A model generated the notes under the pieces. It was not told the DNA's origin. It did not search any database and was given only the letters and a program-made list of their open reading frames with translations. Positions 51,161-58,284 of a stretch of DNA of 64,000 nucleotides are shown one piece after another. The first letter of the stretch is position 1. Every line of letters begins with the position of its first letter. The stretch lies in NCBI GenBank assembly GCA_022897995.1, contig GCA_022897995.1_4763.1, one strand, 5' to 3'. The stretch comes from a phage. The position numbers and the translations under genes were made by a program.

Positions 51161-51550
51161 ATGTTTAAATTATCTCAAAGAAGCAAAGATCGGCTTGTTG
51201 GTGTACATCCAGACCTGGTAAAAGTCGTTCATCGTGCATTAGAACTGACTCCGGTCGATTTTGGTATTACGGAAGGTGTGCGTAGTCTCGCAACGCAAAA
51301 GAAATATGTTGCGGAAGGTAAATCTAAGACTATGAAATCTCGTCATCTTCATGGTTTCGCGGTTGACGTTGTAGCGTATCCGAAAGATAAGGATACATGG
51401 AACATGAAATATTACCGCATGATCGCTGATGCATTTAAACAAGCTGGTCGAGAATTGGGTGTTCCTGTTGAATGGGGCGGGGATTGGACCAGTTTCAAAG
51501 ATGGTCCTCATCTACAATTGCCTCACAGCAAATACCCAGATCCACAATAA
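51161..51550 (+). CDS. peptidase M15 family peptidoglycan hydrolase (L-alanyl-D-glutamate peptidase-like, putative endolysin)
   Basis: 129 aa; zinc-ligand motifs SRHLHGFAVDV and DGPHLQL; N-terminal GVHPDLVKVVHRA..VDFGITEGVRS resembles T5-type endolysins; GGGGG RBS. Confidence 0.65.
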   Translation: MFKLSQRSKDRLVGVHPDLVKVVHRALELTPVDFGITEGVRSLATQKKYVAEGKSKTMKSRHLHGFAVDVVAYPKDKDTWNMKYYRMIADAFKQAGRELGVPVEWGGDWTSFKDGPHLQLPHSKYPDPQ

Positions 51551-51611
51551 TTATTAACCATCAACGGGGAGACAATCTAAGGATCTCTCCCCGTTCACTG
51601 GAGACTTGACA

Positions 51612-52097
51612 ATGAATATTGATGTAAAATTAGAAAGTAAAGATTTGATTTATGCTGCGTGTGTTTCTGCCGTAGATGGCATCATAGAACGCCGTAAGCG
51701 ACGCAATTTTGCTGATGACCTAGATTCCATCGTCTCAATCAATTTAGGCCGTCAGACAGGGCATACAGACGCTACAATCAAGTTATATGACCATTATACG
51801 CGAAAAGGCTATAGTGTCTTTATCGTCTCAACGACGCGGGAACATGTCAAAACGATCCGAGATCGCGGTCGCGGTGAAAATGTAAATATTTCAAATGTAG
51901 ATTGCACGTCGATCCGAACTTTCCTGAATCCGATCACATGGCGAGGTCGTAGTCTTGACAGAACAATTTTTATCCTAGATACTACCATGCGCGGATTTAC
52001 TGACAGCGTATTGCAGTTTTTAGAGTTAAATCGACGTAGTGTTGGGGTGGGTAATGTAGAAGACCAACCTATTTTCATTGGCTTAGGTATCAACTAA
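51612..52097 (+). CDS. hypothetical protein (161 aa)
   Basis: GGAGA RBS then ATG 51612 (ORF track starts TTG 51606). Confidence 0.5.
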   Translation: MNIDVKLESKDLIYAACVSAVDGIIERRKRRNFADDLDSIVSINLGRQTGHTDATIKLYDHYTRKGYSVFIVSTTREHVKTIRDRGRGENVNISNVDCTSIRTFLNPITWRGRSLDRTIFILDTTMRGFTDSVLQFLELNRRSVGVGNVEDQPIFIGLGIN

Positions 52098-52232
52098 TGA
52101 AAAATAAAGATAGCGTAGCTCGTCGATTTCGTGCTACAATTAAAAAGAATCGTAAAGTCCAACCTGATAAACTCTATGGTGTTTTGGTTGGAAAAGTTAA
52201 TGACGAACGTCCTGATCTATAAGAGGTGAATT

Positions 52233-52649
52233 ATGGAATTTAAAGCAATTCAAATCATGAAAGGTGAGCATAAAGGTACTATTATCGGTGGATATTTCGC
52301 CCCTATGATTCTGGTATCCGAACCTAAAGCACTGATCGGCGCTAAAGTAATTGTTAGTAAAACTTTCGCAGAAGACCATGTGATCACCGCAGAAGACGTC
52401 GATTCGCTGGCACTGCACACAACTAGCTTCCGTCCTGTTATTGTAGATAATGGTGCTCCTGTTGTCGAGGGAGGCCAGCATTTGAATGTTAACGTATTGT
52501 TACGAGAAATGTTGCTGGACGCGGTTGAACATCCTGAGAAGTACCCGCAGCTTACAATTCGCGTTTCTGGTTACGCAGTGCGCTTCAATAGTCTGACTCC
52601 AGACCAGCAGCGTGACGTTATCGCGCGTACCTTTACCGAATCTCTCTAA
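52233..52649 (+). CDS. grcA: autonomous glycyl radical cofactor (GrcA/YfiD-like; T4 Y06I-like)
   Basis: 138 aa; C-terminal glycyl-radical signature ..[33 protein letters not shown]; AGAGGTG RBS. Confidence 0.75.
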   Translation: MEFKAIQIMKGEHKGTIIGGYFAPMILVSEPKALIGAKVIVSKTFAEDHVITAEDVDSLALHTTSFRPVIVDNGAPVVEGGQHLNVNVLLREMLLDAVEHPEKYPQLTIRVSGYAVRFNSLTPDQQRDVIARTFTESL

Positions 52650-52659
52650 TTTTTCATCA

Positions 52660-52688
52660 AGCCAATCCGAAAAGGGTTGGCTTTTTCG
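52660..52688 (+). terminator. intrinsic terminator
   Basis: AGCCAATCC-GAAAA-GGGTTGGCT hairpin plus T5. Confidence 0.65.
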
Positions 52689-52735
52689 TTTTATGATGAT
52701 ATGATGCAATCTCTTAATCAACTGAGGGTTTAATT

Positions 52736-53434
52736 ATGCATACAATGGTTAAAATGGTCTTCGGATCTCACTTATACGGCCTTGATACTGAAAATTCCGA
52801 TAAAGATTATCGAGGTATCTTTGTTCCGACTGCGAAAGAAATTATTTTAGGATCGATGAAAGAACACTATGACCAAAGCACTAGCGGTCAAGGTATCAAG
52901 AACACCAAAGACGATATTGATGTTAATATGTTCAGTCTAAAAAGGTTTATCAATCTGGCATGTAAAGGTGATATTGGCGCTATTGACATGGTGCACGCGC
53001 CTAGTAACATGTTGATTGAATCCTCCAGAGAATGGGAATACATCCGAACACATCGCGATAAATTCTATCATGTTGGTATGTGGGGTTGTTCTGGCTATCT
53101 CAAAAAGCAGGTAGCCAAATCTGAAAAGTATTTCAGTAACTGGAAAGATCTTTCTCATGCTCTGCGTGTTGGTTATCAGCTACTTGAAATCTATCAGACA
53201 GGTGATCTACAATTCCCGCTCGCGCGACGTTCTTCTATTTTAGCGTGTAAGTTAGGAGAAAGAACCTTTGATAATGTGCGGGAAGAATTGAAAGATCTCT
53301 ACGAGCGTGTTAAACTCGCGCGTGAAGAGGCAAAGAAAAACGGTATGCCGGAAGAACCAGATGTTGACTTTTGGAAAGATTTATTAGAATATATTCATCT
53401 GACCGTTGTTCTGGAACACTATACCCGTGGTTAG
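52736..53434 (+). CDS. predicted nucleotidyltransferase (Pol-beta superfamily)
   Basis: 232 aa; N-terminal NTase signature FGSHLYGLDTENSDKDYRG; GAGGG RBS. Confidence 0.55.
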   Translation: MHTMVKMVFGSHLYGLDTENSDKDYRGIFVPTAKEIILGSMKEHYDQSTSGQGIKNTKDDIDVNMFSLKRFINLACKGDIGAIDMVHAPSNMLIESSREWEYIRTHRDKFYHVGMWGCSGYLKKQVAKSEKYFSNWKDLSHALRVGYQLLEIYQTGDLQFPLARRSSILACKLGERTFDNVREELKDLYERVKLAREEAKKNGMPEEPDVDFWKDLLEYIHLTVVLEHYTRG

Positions 53435-53455
53435 TTAATATAGGAGATTAAGAAA

Positions 53456-53650
53456 ATGCAAGTTTATACCAATAGCAATAAAGGCAATGATATCACACCG
53501 GGAAAGATGTATGATTTTACCCCGGCACGAGACGACGAACATCCACCGACTATCGGGTATATTGAAGATGATGCGGGGTTTCGTATTACGATCCTTCTTG
53601 ATGGTGGATGTTCTCATCTTCGCGGTGATCGTTGGGAGTTAGTACCATGA
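53456..53650 (+). CDS. small protein, CSHL-motif paralog 1 (64 aa)
   Basis: AGGAG RBS; motif GYIEDDAGFRITILLDGGCSHLRGDRWELV shared with the next two ORFs. Confidence 0.5.
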   Translation: MQVYTNSNKGNDITPGKMYDFTPARDDEHPPTIGYIEDDAGFRITILLDGGCSHLRGDRWELVP

Positions 53651-53892
53651 TGTATGTGATGACACCTTATAGTAACCGCAAGTATATTACACCAAATGCA
53701 CTGTATGAATATACACCACATGAAAGATTTGCGAATAGTGGTTATATCCGTGATGATAAGGGACACCAGATTTTTATTTGTCTTAAAAATTGTGCACACT
53801 TAGACGGTCGAACATGGACACTGGTCGAAGAACCAAAACAACCTGAGAATAAAGGTCTTTGGAATGTGCTAAAAAAATTCTTGAAAAAGTAG
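53647..53892 (+). CDS. small protein, CSHL-motif paralog 2 (81 aa)
   Basis: ATG 53647 overlapping upstream stop (ATGA); motif GYIRDDKGHQIFICLKNCAHLDGRTWTLV. Confidence 0.5.
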   Translation: MMYVMTPYSNRKYITPNALYEYTPHERFANSGYIRDDKGHQIFICLKNCAHLDGRTWTLVEEPKQPENKGLWNVLKKFLKK

Positions 53893-53921
53893 TTGACAGC
53901 ATGAAACGGGGGTAGTAATAT
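53893..53921 (+). promoter_or_regulatory. sigma70-type early promoter with spacer hairpin (PeSL-like)
   Basis: TTGACA 53893-53898, TAATAT 53916-53921; inverted repeat GGGGGTAGTAATATACCCCC. Confidence 0.6.
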
Positions 53922-53949
53922 ACCCCCATCGAAACAAAGGAGTATTAAA

Positions 53950-54288
53950 ATGAGTGTTAAAGAAGTATTTGTTTATACTGACTATGACAGGTGCGCCTAT
54001 CTCACTGCTGGAAAACTTTACCGTTGTGAGATTATTCATGGTACGCTAGGTCGAATTATGTGCGATCCGATTACAAAATTGTGGAAAAACAATCCTAGTG
54101 AGCGAGAAACTATTATTAACCTAGATTCAGACGGTTGTTCACATTTGGACTATAGAAAATGGCATATCGTGACACATGATGCTTATGGTATTCATCTTGC
54201 TACTAAAGAATTGACTATTGACAAGTTCAAGTTTAAAGAAATCCCGTTTGTATACTGGCTTCGCAATTTGTTTAAGAAAGGAGAATAA
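53950..54288 (+). CDS. CSHL-motif paralog 3 with N-terminal extension (112 aa)
   Basis: AAGGAG RBS; motif ..IINLDSDGCSHLDYRKWHIV. Confidence 0.5.
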   Translation: MSVKEVFVYTDYDRCAYLTAGKLYRCEIIHGTLGRIMCDPITKLWKNNPSERETIINLDSDGCSHLDYRKWHIVTHDAYGIHLATKELTIDKFKFKEIPFVYWLRNLFKKGE

Positions 54289-54289
54289 A

Positions 54290-54712
54290 ATGGAAACAAT
54301 TAATGTACACGTTCGCCGTAGCAAGCTGCGCAGATTCTTCGAAGCTGAAATGCGTAAGACTAACGCACAAATCAAAGAAAAGTGCTTGAATAATGGTTAC
54401 GGTGAGTATATTTTCATTCGCTTTAGTCCGCATATGATCGACCGTCTAACCGACCGCCATATCGATGAACATAAGACAATGGAACTATTCAATAAGGTAG
54501 AAACTCGTTTGCCGGAGATATTCGACTTCCTGAAAATGGAAGACCGACCTAATCGATTAGAAATTACTGACGGTAACATGTGGATCGGGATGACAGTAGA
54601 TCTAATCGAAGACGGTAAACCGTATCACGGTCTATGCTGCCGAATGATTATAGAGAATCCAAAACGACTGGCGGGTAAAATGTCGGCTGTTGTTTTGAAA
54701 GTGGACCAATAA
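54290..54712 (+). CDS. hypothetical protein (140 aa)
   Basis: AGGAGAA RBS then ATG 54290 (ORF track starts 54218). Confidence 0.5.
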   Translation: METINVHVRRSKLRRFFEAEMRKTNAQIKEKCLNNGYGEYIFIRFSPHMIDRLTDRHIDEHKTMELFNKVETRLPEIFDFLKMEDRPNRLEITDGNMWIGMTVDLIEDGKPYHGLCCRMIIENPKRLAGKMSAVVLKVDQ

Positions 54713-54734
54713 TGGAGATTGGTTAAAATAATGC

Positions 54735-54763
54735 TTGACTTTCTGGTGATAGGGCTATATTAT
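54735..54763 (+). promoter_or_regulatory. sigma70-type promoter (possible MotA-box TGCTT at 54732-54736)
   Basis: TTGACT 54735-54740, 17-bp spacer, TATTAT 54758-54763. Confidence 0.5.
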
Positions 54764-54797
54764 GGAATCAGAAAGTTAAGCCAAACAGGAGAAATTA

Positions 54798-55388
54798 ATG
54801 TTAAAAGTTCTAAAAGCGATAGTATTGAGTCTGTCACTAGCCGTTGGTGCTACACACGCATCGACTAGCGCACCGATCAAAAAAGCGCCGATAGACAACT
54901 TTACAGCACACCAACTAGATAATTTACATTTCGCCTATCAATACGGCGAGCAATTCGAGAAAAGCGGTAAGTTGAAAAAGGACCATCCGAATATTCGCTA
55001 TAACGGAAAGGGTTTAGGTCACATCCTGGCGGGTATCGCATGGCAAGAATCAAGCGCGGGTGCAAACTTAGCACCAAAGAAAAATCATCATGCTTATGGA
55101 TTATTTCAAAATTACCTTAAAACGGTGAAAGCGAAAAATGCAAAGCGCGGTGTTAAAATGAGTGATCGCCAGACTATCAACTTTATCATGAATCGCGAGG
55201 TTTCTGCATTCTACGCGATGGATGAGTTAGCATACTGGCTGGATGTTCGAAACGGTAATATCCGACTCGCGCTGGCTTCTTACAATGCTGGATGGAACTA
55301 TAAAGCCGGTTTAGGTTATGCTGATGACGTATTAAAAAAAGCTAACCATCTAAAGAGTAAAGGCATTCTTAAAACTAAACGCTATTGA
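54798..55388 (+). CDS. secreted lytic transglycosylase-like (SLT/lysozyme-like) protein
   Basis: 196 aa; N-terminal signal peptide MLKVLKAIVLSLSLAVGATHA; catalytic-region motif GIAWQESS and ..SYNAGW..; AGGAG RBS. Confidence 0.55.
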   Translation: MLKVLKAIVLSLSLAVGATHASTSAPIKKAPIDNFTAHQLDNLHFAYQYGEQFEKSGKLKKDHPNIRYNGKGLGHILAGIAWQESSAGANLAPKKNHHAYGLFQNYLKTVKAKNAKRGVKMSDRQTINFIMNREVSAFYAMDELAYWLDVRNGNIRLALASYNAGWNYKAGLGYADDVLKKANHLKSKGILKTKRY

Positions 55389-55395
55389 GGAATAT

Positions 55396-55755
55396 ATGAA
55401 AAAGTTGACAATAATTGCTATGATTGCTATGATGTTCTCTGCTGGTGCGCTTGCTAGTAATGAGCGCCCTTATCCAAAGTTCGAATACAAAGGATTTGAG
55501 ATCAACAAAAAGATCATTAAAACCTTCTGTGATGATGATAACATGTGTAGCGATTTTATCGCACTTGAACTCGACGAAGCCTATAAACAAGGCCGAGATG
55601 AAAAACGAAAAAATCGAGCATGGGATCTGAGTATTGCCAGCTTTGCTAAAACAAAACGCAACCTGTGTGATACTGCCCCTGATAAGCAATTATGCTTTGC
55701 TTATCGCGACACACTGTTAAGCCGTTTTATGGCTGGGTTGTCTTCCCGTGACTAA
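55396..55755 (+). CDS. secreted hypothetical protein with signal peptide (119 aa)
   Basis: GAGGAA RBS; signal peptide MKKLTIIAMIAMMFSAGALA; four Cys. Confidence 0.5.
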   Translation: MKKLTIIAMIAMMFSAGALASNERPYPKFEYKGFEINKKIIKTFCDDDNMCSDFIALELDEAYKQGRDEKRKNRAWDLSIASFAKTKRNLCDTAPDKQLCFAYRDTLLSRFMAGLSSRD

Positions 55756-55770
55756 TGAGAGGTTTATATT

Positions 55771-56226
55771 ATGATTATTGATACTGTAAAGGGCGATCTC
55801 ATCGCCCTGTTTAAACAAGGAAACGGTCATTTAATTCATGGTTGTAATTGTTTTCATACTATGGGCGCTGGTATTGCTGCGAAGATCGCGAAAGAGTTCC
55901 CGCAAGCATTGGCTACTGACAAAAAGACACCGAGAGGAACGGCTAGTAAGCTAGGCGAGTTCAATGTTTGGCATCATACCGTTAATGGTTATAACTGGAT
56001 GGGTATTAATCTTTATACGCAATTCCGCCCAGGACCAAATGCTGAATATTCCGCTATCATCCGTGGATTCGAACAACTTAACTTCGCATTTGAAGGTACT
56101 GTTAAGCCGTTCTATATTCCTAAAATTGGTTGTGGGATTGGTGGCCTAGAATGGGAATGCGTAGAAGAAATCATTAATGATTTTACGCCGGATATCAATA
56201 TTGTGGTGGTGGAATATGACAAATAA
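55771..56226 (+). CDS. macro domain protein (ADP-ribose binding/processing)
   Basis: 151 aa; macro-like motifs LIHGCNCFHTMGAGIAAKI and IPKIGCGIGGLEWE; GAGAGG RBS. Confidence 0.55.
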   Translation: MIIDTVKGDLIALFKQGNGHLIHGCNCFHTMGAGIAAKIAKEFPQALATDKKTPRGTASKLGEFNVWHHTVNGYNWMGINLYTQFRPGPNAEYSAIIRGFEQLNFAFEGTVKPFYIPKIGCGIGGLEWECVEEIINDFTPDINIVVVEYDK

Positions 56227-56410
56227 AAATGATCTCTATTCCGGTGATTGGGTGAAACGTCAATCTGTAGAAAACGTAACTTGTTTTCGTTGTTTCACTG
56301 AATACAATATAAAAACCGCTCCTGTTAGTGTTCCAAAGACAGACGGGTATTATATTAAAGAACCGCATTGCCCTAAATGTAAATGTCGATTATATTGGAG
56401 TCATCTATGA
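56216..56410 (+). CDS. zinc-ribbon protein (64 aa)
   Basis: ATG 56216; CxxC..CPKC pairs (CFRCF.., CPKCKC). Confidence 0.45.
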   Translation: MTNKNDLYSGDWVKRQSVENVTCFRCFTEYNIKTAPVSVPKTDGYYIKEPHCPKCKCRLYWSHL

Positions 56411-56625
56411 AGAAGCCTAATACCGCTCACATGAAAGAAAACTGCCGATGTGTTAGATGTGGTTGGCCTATTATCTTCACTTGCTGTAACGACGACATGC
56501 AGCGTTTACCGTGGGGAATGTGGGATTGGTGGATGTATTGTAGCAATAAAGGATGCATCCACCACGAAGGCGAAGGAGTATTTCAGGAAACGCCTGATTG
56601 GGTGGAGGTGATAGAAAATGCTTGA
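56407..56625 (+). CDS. cysteine-rich protein (72 aa)
   Basis: GGAG RBS then ATG 56407; CRCVRCGW..CC..C..C. Confidence 0.45.
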   Translation: MKKPNTAHMKENCRCVRCGWPIIFTCCNDDMQRLPWGMWDWWMYCSNKGCIHHEGEGVFQETPDWVEVIENA

Positions 56626-56911
56626 GACTATCATTAACCTTGTTATGTGGACTTTTAATTTCGTTATTGTTATTGTGGCGGGTATTGAGATTGTCAAGCA
56701 ATATCTGATACAATCCAGAAATAAACATGTTGTAATTGATATGGACTCTCAAGGAAATAAGCTGATCCTGCTAGAAGACGGTCGGGAATATTGGGTAGGT
56801 TATCCAAAGACACTACGCGGATTTATCTTTGCTATGGGTGTTTGCTTCTTTTTCCTTTGTATCTGGGTTTATGTTGGTTTAGGTCTTGCTGGATTTTTGG
56901 AGATTAATTAA
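56618..56911 (+). CDS. small membrane protein (97 aa)
   Basis: GGAGGTG RBS; two hydrophobic segments. Confidence 0.5.
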   Translation: MLETIINLVMWTFNFVIVIVAGIEIVKQYLIQSRNKHVVIDMDSQGNKLILLEDGREYWVGYPKTLRGFIFAMGVCFFFLCIWVYVGLGLAGFLEIN

Positions 56912-57507
56912 TGGCACAACTATACTTCTACTATGCATCTATGAACGCTGGTAAGTCTACTTCCTTATTACAAAGTGCTTATAACTATACAGAACGTGAT
57001 ATGCGAGTATTAATTCTTAAACCAGCGATTGACAATCGAGATTCAGAAAGTGAAGTTGTTTCCCGAATTGGTCTAAGTGCTCCAGCGATCACATTCACTA
57101 AATCGGATGATCTTTTCGATTTGGTTTATCGTGAATCACTAGGTAAGCGTAGACCGGATCGCTGGCGTCCAGATGCTGTATTTGTAGATGAAGCCCAATT
57201 TATGACTAAAGAGCATGTTTTAGGCTTGTGTGCGCTTGTTGATGATGCAAATATCCCTGTACTGTGCTATGGCCTTCGCACCGACTTTCAGGGCAATCTA
57301 TTTGAAGGATCTGCGGCATTAATGGCATTTGCTGATAAACTGGTCGAAATGAAGGGTATTTGTCATTGTGGCAAGAAAGCGACTATGGTCCTTCGCGTAG
57401 ATAAAGATGGTAATGTTATTCGCGATGGTGCTCAAATAGAAGTTGGTGCAGAGGATAAATATGTTTCTGTGTGCCGTAAACATTTTATTGACGGTACTAC
57501 CAACTAA
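56911..57507 (+). CDS. tk: thymidine kinase
   Basis: 198 aa; P-loop SMNAGKSTSLL, ..VFVDEAQF.., zinc-binding CHCGKKAT..VCRKH; matches T4 tk. Confidence 0.9.
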   Translation: MAQLYFYYASMNAGKSTSLLQSAYNYTERDMRVLILKPAIDNRDSESEVVSRIGLSAPAITFTKSDDLFDLVYRESLGKRRPDRWRPDAVFVDEAQFMTKEHVLGLCALVDDANIPVLCYGLRTDFQGNLFEGSAALMAFADKLVEMKGICHCGKKATMVLRVDKDGNVIRDGAQIEVGAEDKYVSVCRKHFIDGTTN

Positions 57508-57534
57508 GAGTTAATCATAAATAAAGCCCCAGAT

Positions 57535-57542
57535 TATAAATA
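57535..57542 (+). promoter_or_regulatory. T4-type late promoter (TATAAATA) on the plus strand
   Basis: TATAAATA 57535-57542, 34 nt upstream of ATG 57576; inside the loop of inverted repeat CCCCAGAT..ATCTGGGG. Confidence 0.55.
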
Positions 57543-57575
57543 TAACTGAATATTTTCAATCTGGGGGAATGACTT

Positions 57576-57878
57576 ATGTCATTTATTCGTAAAACTCTAA
57601 CAGCGGCAATATGCTTGACTGCGGTCGGAAGCGTCAGTGCTGATCAATATGATCCAACTGGTGACTTTACTGATTATTTCGACGGTGCAATGATAGTATA
57701 TGTAAACAAAATATCTCCTTCCATTGAAACCAGCCAGAAATTTCATGCCCATATTATGAAGATGTATGCTCGTAGTAAATGTATGGATTCTAAGCAGTGT
57801 TTTATTATGGGGGAATATGCCGCACAACAATTTGTTATGTTGCATAATGTGGAGAATCGAGAACATGAAATTCAGTGA
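57576..57878 (+). CDS. secreted hypothetical protein with signal peptide (100 aa)
   Basis: GGGGGA RBS; signal peptide MSFIRKTLTAAICLTAVGSVSA. Confidence 0.5.
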   Translation: MSFIRKTLTAAICLTAVGSVSADQYDPTGDFTDYFDGAMIVYVNKISPSIETSQKFHAHIMKMYARSKCMDSKQCFIMGEYAAQQFVMLHNVENREHEIQ

Positions 57879-58263
57879 TTTTCGAAAGACTTCCGAAGAG
57901 GGAAAAGCTAATAAAGTTGACCGCTTTATCGGTGAATGTCTGATGAGTGTTACTTATATGCATTCTGCGCATTTTGGGGTAACTGGTCCTGGATCTTATG
58001 CAAAACATAAGGCTCTAGAAGAGTTCTATCTTGAAATGCAAGAATTGGTTGATAATTTCACTGAAACCAATATTGGGATCACTGGTCGTTATCAGCCAAC
58101 GTTGGTCGTCCGCAAGGAGATTAGCGAAATTGCCTATTTGCAAGAGTTAACGCAAATGGCTAGTGAGATTTATAATGATGTTGATAGCTCGTTACAGAGC
58201 GTTTTAGACGATATCAAAGTTCTATGCTTTAAAACCATTTATAAACTCACTCGACTGGCTTAA
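57865..58263 (+). CDS. hypothetical protein (132 aa)
   Basis: ATG 57865 after GGAGA (ORF track starts 57766). Confidence 0.45.
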   Translation: MKFSDFRKTSEEGKANKVDRFIGECLMSVTYMHSAHFGVTGPGSYAKHKALEEFYLEMQELVDNFTETNIGITGRYQPTLVVRKEISEIAYLQELTQMASEIYNDVDSSLQSVLDDIKVLCFKTIYKLTRLA

Positions 58264-58284
58264 TGCCAGTCACAAGGGGGATAC

